Shown here: positions 51,856 to 62,285 of the stretch, piece after piece | How the letters are laid out: every line of letters starts with the position of its first letter | Numbering within the stretch: the stretch's first letter is position 1 | DNA from: Marsupella aquatica | Taxonomy: Eukaryota; Plantae; Marchantiophyta | Assembly: GCA_973895155.1 (NCBI GenBank) | Contig: OZ316895.1 | Span: 15,010,816 to 15,074,815, forward strand | Direction: 5' to 3' | Length of the DNA: 64,000 nucleotides | Translations under genes and position numbers: made by a program | Notes under the pieces: generated by a model | Database searches by the model: none | What the model saw: only the letters and a program-made list of their open reading frames with translations | What the model was told of the DNA's origin: nothing

Positions 51856-54800
51856 ATGGCATCCGAAGGAGAAACTAGCAAGAAGAAACGGAAGACCTTA
51901 GGAAAAACTGATGGGAGCACCCCAAAAAAGAAAGCCAGAGTGAAGAAGAGTGCCCCGAGTTTGGATTCCATCAGCAATTTTTGTGGGAGAAAAATGACCT
52001 TGAAATCTACAGTAACTGATACTGTTCTTCGAGTTGATCCAAAAGATATGAAGCACTGGGGGGTGGTGCTTGATAACAATGTTCTCCGTATGTGCATAGC
52101 TTTTGAAGAGGAGACTTTGGTATTGTCCAGCTCTAGGATACTTAGTTGTGTCTATGAGAAAAATGTAAACCTGAAAGATTGTCAAGAAGCTTTGGTACTT
52201 TTGGTTGAGGAGAATACAGGCATTGAAGAATCAGAAAATACCAGGATCTGCTATTGTTTCTCTAGAGAAGTGTTCAGGATGTTTGATCAGACATACATGG
52301 AGGCGAATTGCAGTTTCTCACTAGAGGCATTTTCAGCCATTTGGGATCCCACTTTCCCAAAAGTTTCTACACTCATAAATGGCCAGAACATTGAGAGGTA
52401 TGTGCTATGCATATTGTCCTGGGCAAATTGCACTTTTGCAGAAACATTTCGTGTAGGGAAGAAGGAGGACCTTGAGAAGCATTCCAAATTTGAGACTGGA
52501 GAACTTCCCAAATTGATCACTGGAGAAAACATAGGAGATCTTTGCAAGAGTTTCAATGGTGCTTATAAGAAAGCAAACATCTTTGACAGCAGAGTTTTCA
52601 ATGTTGAAAATTCAAAATGTCACATTGCACCCAATGTTGTAAAATGTAGAGGTCATGATCCTGATTACCCACGAGATCTTGCCAATTTGATGAAATTTCA
52701 ATCGTTGGTAAATTTTGAGAAACGAGTTTGTTTCCTCATCCCTGTGTTATGGGCAGAGAGCAGGAGCACTGAAGTTGGCTATTGTGGAACTCCATTGACA
52801 CAGCCACCTATCCTTGATCAAATTGACAATTATCATTTTTGGATAATTGGAGGCCAGCACACCGTTATGGCCTACCGGTTACTTTTGAAAGATGAATCAG
52901 TGGCTCTTGAGATTCATCAAAAATGTTTTACAATTGATGCAGTCATGTTTTGGGCACCATACAATTTGGCTAGCAACTTGGTGATGATGGGATTATCTAA
53001 GACATTAAATCATGTTCATCACACAGCAATGGATGAATCTCAGTTTTTCCTCATTGCAAGGCAAGTTAGGGATATTTGGAAAAGTTATGGGCGTCTTCCT
53101 TCAGAGACAAACAGCATAAGACTCAAAATGGAGGGTAAGAATACAAATCTCTATTCTTGTTTAACTTCTGCTCATTCATTTTGATGCATAGATTATGAAA
53201 TTAAATTAGTGTGAACCATGGTTTGTACTCATCTTATGATTTTATTGTGATTGTCTAAACAACATTTCATGAAAGCAGCAATGATCGTCATTCCTTGGGC
53301 CAAAGATGAGAAGTACCGATTGGGAGAGCTTGGACCTTTCATCTTGAATATGACAGATTCCACCCTCAACTTATGGATGAAAGTATACGAGATGTCAAGA
53401 GAAGGAAAATTGGTGGCTTTCAACGGGTTCCTACAGAAGGATGTTATCAAGAAAGATTCTGTTCGAGGAGCTTGGGAGGTTGCCCGAAGAACATTTCGAG
53501 ATTTTCTTGGAGTTGAGGATGAAGTGTTGATGAAGATTGCAAGGAACTTCTTGCCAACAAGAAGATTTCGTTGATGAAAGAACGAAGTAGCGGAATTGTG
53601 AAGAAAATAGATGCAGTTCCCATTGAAGAAGATTTCATTGCTCTTGATGAGTATTGTGTTAAAAAAAACACAATAAGCAGTTTGAAATATTGCTTTTGAA
53701 GTATCTTGCAAAAGACAAAATGACTAGGGAGAAGTTACAGGCATTGCCCATGGAGCAGAGAAGGGAGAAGGTGAATGCAATGAGAGATTTCTTTAAGCTT
53801 ACTCCCGAAAAAGCTGAAAAGCTTCGAAGTACACTTGGACCTATAGTGATCCCAAGATCGCTAACGAAAACCACTAGAAACAAAGAGCTCCAAGATCTTC
53901 TTCCTGGAGTTTTCAAGAGTCTGATCTGGTCAATCAGGGCTTCTGTGGATGAAAAAGGTAATCCGATGGTGATGCAACTTGATACAAAACTTAGGTTTTG
54001 TTCAAGTAAAGGATTTGGAACTGCTGAATTTTTTGATCCAATCGTCTTGGAGTTGAAAGAAATGTCATCATTCATATTCTTTGATGCTACCATGATGTCT
54101 GGAGTAAGTTCAATGACACGAAAGACATATGAAGCATTCTTTGATGCTACAATTATCATTGGGTCAAAACCATCTCATGTTGTGGTAGTGGTATCAACTG
54201 CAATCAATGCTTTTTTTGTGATGAGTGCTATTTCAGCACACCCACATTATGTTGCATTTACCACACAGTACCAGACAAAATCTAAATCGTCATCTTCAGC
54301 ATCGACAGTTTATCATTCAAATTGTCTTTTTGTGACTTATGCATTCTTCAAGGTGTCATTCACTGAAGAATGTGAAGCAGAAGAAATTTCGACAAAAATT
54401 CTGTTAAGCTTTAAGAAAATAGGATTCTTGGGGAATTACGAAGAGACAACAGAAGATGTTGCAGAGCAGACTCAACTTGGGGAGAAGAGCAGAATATTCT
54501 ACGATAACTTGACTTCTCAACTTGTTTCATTTGACAAGCTTTCAGTTTGTTTTGGAGATGGCCAACATCTTACTGACTCACTTTTGTTATGTGTTTCTAA
54601 ACCCAAAACCTTAGAAAGTCTATTAAATTTCTGATTATATTCTAATCCCAAGCAAATATTAAAACTTTGATTGTTTTGCAGAAATTAGGAGCCCGGGTAC
54701 GTTCATATTGTAATGAGTCCAACCACGAAAGCCTGACACAGTTCTTTTCTTCCACAACCCAATCTGATGAGCCTGAAGAAGCACCGTGTGAGCTACGGAG

Positions 54801-57215
54801 TATTTTGGTGAAAAATATTTCCAGATTGATGAAGTATAATTTGGCCAAGAAGAACACGAGAGAAGACATTGTTGGGCTTTGCAAAGATACCCTCCACCTT
54901 GGTGAAAGTAGTATTGCTCGTGTGATCAAAGAATATGGATTGGATGACACTCCTGAGTCAGATGATGAAGTCTACAAATTTCCTGTTGATGTACCAACTG
55001 GTCCACTTGGAGGTTAATATATTAACCATACTTTTTGATAAACTAAATTTTTGAGTAACTTCAGATAAATTTTGAATCAATAAGTTCTCAAATAAATTAT
55101 ATATATGATTTAAGGTAGAGTGATTGATTTATAAGAATAGCTACGCACGAACCATGGTTTGAACAAGTTAAACTTATGAAATTAGATAAGTTGAACTTGT
55201 GGAGTTAGATATTTAAATTGCATCAATCATGGCTCTAAGTATGCAAGTTAGTTGAACTTGTGGAGTTAGATATTTAAAATGCATCAATCATGGTTCTAAG
55301 TATGCAAGTTAGAGATAGACTCATTCATATAGAGTAGAACAACTCATGATTTGAACTTGTAAAATGAATCTATTAATTCATTTAATTTATTTGTTTTGTG
55401 GAACTTGAAAAATGAGACATAATATAGTGTGAACCATGGTTTACACTTGTCATATATACATGTAGTCATCAAAGATAAACAAAACAACTTGATGTCTGAA
55501 GAATGACCATTGATAATTAAAAGTCAATCCATTCATCACATTTATTTATAGTTCTTTGTTTTGGTTGATTTATTTTGGTTGCAGGAGAAAGTGATCTTGT
55601 TGAGGATGAGGACGAAGATGACAACATTGATCCACCAAATGATTCACAACCATTAAATCTGGATAACATGGAATCACAAGATGATTCAATGAAAATTCCT
55701 GACTCGTTCAGGGCTTTCCAAACCAAACCAGAGTTCAATGTTGAACAAGAGGCAGTTTCAATGGCCAAAGAACAAGACTCTACGGTCTCAACTCTAGACC
55801 CAAACAATGTTAAAAATATACAATCAGATTGTAGCCTTGTTAGGGTGCAAGAATCAAAACAAAAAATTACATATGATGAAACCAAAAATACAAATGAGCG
55901 AAGAATGATTGTCCGGAAATGTATGTGGGAAAATTACATTCCTGATCAGGAAACTAGTCGACCCGGTCATATTTCTAAAGCTGATTGGGATGAGTTTTTT
56001 CAAAGCGAAGCTCAATTCCATGGGTGGAAAGCAAAAGCATATTGGGCTGAAGCTTTGACTCGTCGCTCCGGTTTGGAAACCCCTGAACAAATCATTAATT
56101 TACAAGACAATATCTACTATGCATCAGAAGTATGTGAAATGGTTGGAGACCCTCCTATCCATGATTTTGCCATTCAAAGTGAACCTGAAAGCACTATTCA
56201 TGAGTGGACTTGGATGAAGCAGTATCAACTAACCTCTAGTAACTCTATCTCTACCTCTATAGAGACAGTGCCCGTGTCCAACCTTGACACACCAAATACA
56301 TGTGCAATCAACAATTCTACGGTGGAGCAGATGGATTCATTAGTGATCAAAACTAACATTTTGGACAGGTCTACCATAACAACAGAGCCAAGAAGCATTG
56401 AAAATGGTCCAGCGGTGGATAAGATGGATCCTTCAAAAGTTGAACCTAATATTTCAATGGACAACGGCATATTTAAGCGATTGCACAACATGACGATGGG
56501 GAGGCCGGTTTTTGCACAACATTTGGAGCCAAGAAATGTTGACACCAACCTAGCAGTGGAGCAGATAGATCATTTTTTGGATGTGCCTTTCACATCAATA
56601 GAGGCAAGAAACGGTGACAATAGTCAAGTGGTGGAGCACAATAGTCAAGTGGTGGAACAGATGGATCCTTTTGAAACTAACATCTTGCACCTGCCTTCCA
56701 CTTTGACAGAATCAAGAAATGCTCATTTACATGTGGATCCGGTAATGGTGTCTCACACATCGTTGGATTCTATAAAAAATGGTGGTGATCCTAGAATGAT
56801 AAGCAATTATAAAGTAATGGAGCCTCTAAGGGGTGGGAGTAGTATTTTAGAGGAGCCTAAGATTGTTTCACCAAACAAAGAAAGTCATCCTAGGATGTTC
56901 ATTGATACTTTGCCAGAATCAAATGTGAAAGAAATTGTAGATTGGGAAGAGGAGGCATCTACTGCAGCCTACGCTGATGGATTGAATGAATTGCCACCTC
57001 CTTTTTTGGGCATCCCATTAGTTTCAGCTTCTTCTCATGGAGATTGTTCACAAACAACTACTGCAACAAAAATAGTGCTTCCTAAGGCTGATTCCAAGGT
57101 GAATCCAGTTCGGGCCACTCGGCGGGATTCAAAGCAATCTTCAGTGATAGAGGCGGTTACTATACCGCCAAAGGTGAAGAAGATACCTCAACAGATTTTG
57201 CGAAACAAGAAGTAA
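51856..57215 (+). pseudogene. TE-borne multi-exon gene: NLS + ParB/Srx-like region + degenerate beta-class DNA amino-methyltransferase-like region + acidic low-complexity region (two frameshifts)
   Basis: Phase-compatible exons 51856-53134, 53276(or 53279)-54592, 54682-55012 and 55585-57173/57215. N-terminal KKKRK..PKKKARVKK; HFWIIGGQHTVMAY (ParB/Srx-like) at ~52834-52875; SFIFFDATM..YEAFF..KPSHVVVV and EKSRIFYDNL..CFGDGQHLTDSLLLC|KLGARVRSYCNE follow beta-class MTase motif order. Single-base frameshifts near 53540 and in the A8 run at 53661. Confidence 0.6.
55189..55311. repeat. ~61-bp tandem duplication in an intron of element B
   Basis: agttgaacttgtggagttagatatttaaaWtgcatcaatcatggYtctaagtatgcaagttag occurs twice. 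Confidence 0.85.
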
Positions 57216-57504
57216 TGATTTTAGGGACCTTTTGTTTAGTTATTTAGGTCCACTTTGAATCCAAATTAGCAAATTTGCTCATTCTAGATGTGAATTGTGT
57301 ACTTTTGTTAAGTTCAACTCTTTCAACTGAAGTAAATGTTGAATGTTCAAAGCGTTGTTACCTATTAATGTGTTTTAAAGCTATATATAACGTACCCCAT
57401 TATTACACACATGGAATTTATTTACAGAACGAACCATGGTGCATGGTTAACTTTAATATTATATACACTTGGGTACTATTATAAATCTTGTGTTGTGTAC
57501 ATGT

Positions 57505-57556
57505 TCAGGGTTTAGGGTTTAGATTCCATGTTTAGGGTTTAGGGTTTAGGGTGTAG
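57505..57556 (+). repeat. Interstitial plant telomere-type (TTTAGGG)n tract
   Basis: ttcagggtttagggtttag-attccatg-tttagggtttagggtttagggtgtag. Confidence 0.85.
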
Positions 57557-57677
57557 ATTCCATGTTTATTTTGGACTAACTAACACATTTATTTGTAGAA
57601 TGAATCATGGTGGGTAGTTAATTTATGACATATGTTTGGGTACTATTCTAAATCTCATTTGTTTGTATTGTGTACAG

Positions 57678-58226
57678 GTGAGAGTTGAAAATTTATTCAG
57701 GAAATTACTTGTCATAAGTATCAACAAGTTCCTCATTTACACAACTGGGGTCTCTCGCCATTTGAAGAAGACATCATCTTTCCGAGTGTATAACAAAATG
57801 GTCTTCCCAAGACCATATGTGCAAGAATTTCTTGAATTTTGCACTTCAACTTTTGATGTGGTTCTTTGGGCACTCACTGACGAATGCAAACTGGCTGATC
57901 AAATGGATCCAATACTCACAGATAAAGCTTTGAGTTTTTCTGGTCTTAAGTTTCTTACATCAACTCTGATGGACATGAAACAGATCAATGATATTTATCC
58001 ACAATATCAAAGACAAAATGTTATATTTTTAGAGTGTTATCCATCATTTGATAGCGTAAATCCAACATATTCAAGGCTATATCCCAAGTCATATTATGGT
58101 AATTGCAAAGACAATTTTCTTAGAGGCACACTTATTCCATATTTACGTAAATTAGAAGATTCTGATCAGACAGCACGTAGTTTCATTAAACATAATTATC
58201 CTACTTGGTCTGTAAACGACCAATGA
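57678..58226 (+). CDS. FCP1/NIF (HAD-like CTD phosphatase) homology domain, catalytically degenerate; probably the last exon of the element B gene
   Basis: Acceptor tgtacag|GTG. KLLVISINKFL sits where KLLVLDxxGxL is expected; VFPRPYVQEFLEFCTSTFDVVLW; NVIFLECYP..VNP..P.SY.G..DNFL..L.PYL follows the FCP1-homology C-terminal pattern. Confidence 0.7.
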   Translation: MRVENLFRKLLVISINKFLIYTTGVSRHLKKTSSFRVYNKMVFPRPYVQEFLEFCTSTFDVVLWALTDECKLADQMDPILTDKALSFSGLKFLTSTLMDMKQINDIYPQYQRQNVIFLECYPSFDSVNPTYSRLYPKSYYGNCKDNFLRGTLIPYLRKLEDSDQTARSFIKHNYPTWSVNDQ

Positions 58227-59984
58227 ACCACAGCTTGTGTGGTGCATGTAGTATTTAGAATATATTCAATTGTATTTTTTGGATCATAATAAAGGTGACC
58301 TTATCCAAGTGAATGATTGATATTTATGAATGATTTTGATTGTGATGTTTTGCCATATGTTTACTCATCGAGCAAAAATTCTAGTGTTGACATTCATTTT
58401 CGGAGCATGTATTAATATACTTGTATTCCAATTTTCTTCAAGAATGTTATTTATAATGGACAGCAAAACCCCAAAGAATTAGAACGCAAACAACACAACT
58501 ATCCATGAACAAGTGGAACAATTCTCACCAAGAAAACTAGGGGTAAATATTGATTTTCATACTTAGAGTATTGTTCTTGTTAGCGGACTATAATAATTTT
58601 GCCCTTGCAAAGCTAAAGGATATTTTAATTTGCAAAACATTTTTACATAATCCTATTTTCCTTAGAATGTCGCTCTTGTGTTAAGGAGGGTTTTGACTTA
58701 TTTTATTATAAAGGAACATTGTTAAGAAATCATATTTTCCAGAGAGCATTGTTCTTGTCACAAAGAGTGCTTCAAGTAAGTTTTTCCATTGCGAAGCTCC
58801 AAGAAATCATGTTTTTCAATCAAGCTTGAAGCATTGCTCTTGTGATAATATGCACTTCGAATACTTTGTCGTTGTAAAAGTACTGAAAATTTCAAATACA
58901 CTGTTAAATGTAAACTTTCACTCCATTCTATGCATGTTTTCAATTCACTTTTATGTGCATAATCTTTAAAGGTAACTGAAATGTAGGTAAACAGTCAGTA
59001 AGAATTATTATCTAGAATATCTCATTGTTAAGTGGAAACTGCTCAGTTTATGTGTCACATTCCATGGAGATGATGACAACTTCCATTCCATCCAAGCTTT
59101 GGTTTTGTACAAACCATGGTTTACTGTATGTTTAGACACTTAAATTGGTTTATTTGGTGTAAATTGCCACTAGTCACATGTGATTAAACTTGGATCCATA
59201 GGAATGACCTATAATAGTAGTATTTTGCCGATGTTATGAAACATACTATACTTTCAAACTAGAGGAAAAGAGTTAGTGGAATGGGAAAAAAGGAAGTCTT
59301 AGACACTTCCCCCTTGCATATAGTGTTTTAAAATAATAATTAATTAATTATTAAATTAGTTAAATAAATTAGTAATAACTTTATCAAACTTCATTTAAGC
59401 ATTTCTGGAATTGAATATTCCACTTTTATCTAAATAGGGGTTTATAGTAGGATTATAAGCGTCTAATGACTTCGCAGTTCGAACCCGACTTTGTTAGCAT
59501 CTTTCTGAATCACTGCCTGGAGGAAATTGGATATTTGCAAGAGATTATAATATGACAGAGAAATCATTTACTCGGTTGCAGAGCATTCAGCATGACTCTC
59601 AGGATCAGATTTGATAGCCTGGTGTCACCTTAAAAATAGATTTGATTTATATGACGCATATATTATTGTTGCAATTATAGTGTGGATCTCGTTTCACATG
59701 GAGACACACGTAGCACAGTAATGTATATACTTCAATCTTGTTTAGACTTAATATATATAAGTAACAGCGGCATGGATGAATAAAATAATATCCCTATCGC
59801 ATCACCATGGCCGCCCTTTTTCAGATAACTGTCCGGTGTCTTTATAATCATGTATTATAAGTGAGAAAATAGATGATAACATAGAGGTAAAATAATGTAC
59901 ATACTTTAAATCTAACAATTGGATATACTAATAGCTGGATATCTCAACTGGCATAGATGATCTGAAACTAGTATTTAGTATAGC

Positions 59985-60130
59985 TATTGTATCATTTTTG
60001 TGAAAGTGAAACTCACTAGACGTGACTCAGGGGTCTCAGTATAGAGAGATGGACAAGAGCCCCCATCATCTTAGTTTGAGGTTTTGTAGTCTACAACACC
60101 CTGTGTATAAAAAGAATTTTACTAATCTTT
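59985..60130. mobile_element. Degraded ends of the 8-bp-TSD MITE family (a right end directly followed by a left end)
   Basis: tcattttttgtgaaagtgaaactcactag ends at 60019 and matches the right end at 23351. ctcaggggtctcagtata..ccccatca starts at 60026 and matches the left end at 22730. Confidence 0.6.
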
Positions 60131-60856
60131 ACCTCTCTTAACGTCAAAAATCCCTGCAAAAATCATATAGTTTCTAGTCATTATCAGAATTAGATTTAGA
60201 AATCAATACCCTAGGTGACATTCTTCAACAAAGTTTTTGAAGTGTTTCGTTGGAACAAATTAAATTATTGACCATAGTTTTTACCGCACATGATGCATCA
60301 CCCGGGGTGCATCACTTTCATGGAATTGAGACCCCCAACAATGTGGCTGTACAGTACGAGTACTACCGGAAGTTCCATCAAAAATGCATGTTTTCCCTGC
60401 CAAGGTATATGTCGTGTCCATCCATTGATACCATCTTTGCGAGCTCAGGGGGCCATTTCCACAAAAATGGCTTCACATACGATAAATATTGGGTCATTTA
60501 AATCATTTTGATAAATATTTAGTATTTAAGATGTTAGTGAAATAATCATATCATGGGGTTTTTAATTGAAAACTCATATGTGTCATCATATGTCTGGTGG
60601 TATACAATTGTATTTAAAGTGATTAGGAGAGGTCAAACATAACCCAAATCGTTGTATGTAACTCTCCATAATTATAATAATAACACATTCCGACTGGCTA
60701 TGTGTGGACCGCTGCACTACATAGCCATGGGAATGGCTTGTGAACTCTGTTTGCACCATCAATAGTTGTTGGAGTAGTCTTTGGTAACCTAGACAGACTA
60801 TCACCTCTCTTGGCAATCTACCTCCATTTAATCCCCATTTCAGGGCACTAATGGGA

Positions 60857-61035
60857 AACAAAACCGGAAAACTCATTAGTCATATCATGCTGTTTTAGAT
60901 TAAAAGCTAACAGAAGGCACAGCTGGACCATTTGGGTGGTCCACCTCCTTTAATTCCCATTTTAGCGTACCCATGGTAGACAAAACCGGAAAACTCATTA
61001 GTCATATCATGTTTGTTTTAGATTAAAAGCTAACA
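60857..61035. repeat. Tandem duplication, ~123-bp period
   Basis: acaaaaccggaaaactcattagtcatatcatg..gttttagattaaaagctaaca at ~60857 and ~60980. Confidence 0.85.
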
Positions 61036-62285
61036 AAAGCCACCCCTACAGGAGATATGCTCTAAGTGAAGTGTGGGCATTGAAATCCTGTTTCGTCTTT
61101 CATGGTCCCGAAAATATGACAGAATGGCACACTAAAGGAACCCCTCCCCGAGCGACACATTGCAGGTCGCTGTTCGCTCTCCTCCATTCCACTTGTCACC
61201 GTAGAAGCCCGCCACGTTGCATCCCGGGTGGCAATCAGTCAAGACAGAGCCCCCTTGCCTCGTCATAACTCATGCCTCTCAGTTATGTTTCGTAACAGTG
61301 AAAATTAATTCAGCATTGAGGTGTCCTCAGCCCGTCGATCTCTCGAATCGACGGCCTCAGTAGGCAGCTCGATTCATAATCTCTTCCCGCCAAGCGGTAA
61401 GTGACATAATTAGCATTAGAATTAATCTAAGTTAATCAGATGGCATAATACGAAATTGCCGGTGTACATCGAGTGACAGGGGAACAGAATAGTTATCATG
61501 CAGAGACAGAGCGAGAGAGAGAGAGAGAGACAGAATGATGAAGGAACCGAGAATTCGAACATTGAACGAATGGAGTTCGAGGGAAAGACTGAAACTTATG
61601 GCTCGATTCAAGTCTTGCTCTGCACTCCAAGATTGTCATGCGGGCTGAAGTACTTAGAATCGCATTTCGTGATCCTGTAGCTCCAGCTCACCAAATGGGA
61701 GTGTGGATTTGAGGAGATCGTCTCTGTTCTCCTCTCCTCTCCTCAGCTCAGCTCTTTCTCGCCTCGATTGGCGGCGGCATTGGGGTGTGAGGTATCTGCG
61801 CTTGCTTCCTTTCGTCAGGAGTCTACTGGAGTATCAACTCCGTTGTCATTTCAGATCTGAGCTTTCTTTGAATCGATAGGTTGAGAGGGCGAAACTTCGT
61901 TGTGAGTATTGTAGATTGCATCGCAGGATGGTGAAATTGTTCTGGCCGTGATTTGTGTATGTCATCTTCAATAGCTGGCTGTCGTCACTCTGTTTGGGAC
62001 TCCACATTCTCGTTTGGTTTGTAAAAGGAGTGAATGTGCGCTCTGTCATTGTGCGGGTAATCACGCCCGCACAATGCAGAGTTTCTTGTGGGTATTCGGG
62101 TTTGTGTCTTCGCAAAGGAAGAGTTCTAGTTTGTGAAGCATCGAGAAACTCGATGCGTATGAGGTGGACAATAATTTTAATTCCAGTCTAATGGAATGAA
62201 TGGGTGGCTGGTCTCTTCTCTGTGTGCTCTATGTAGAGCATTAGATCGGCAAGTACTCTTGGAAGAGCTCACGGAAACGGCAGTG

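Larger units (their letters stand above)
50600..59452 (+). mobile_element. Large decayed element B (cargo-gene bearing; left end approximate)
   Basis: Repeat-rich left arm, multi-exon cargo gene, 11 exact AACCATGGTT palindromes in non-coding parts, and an AT-rich tract followed by tccacttttatctaaataggggtttatagtagga, homologous to the end of element A. Confidence 0.6.
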
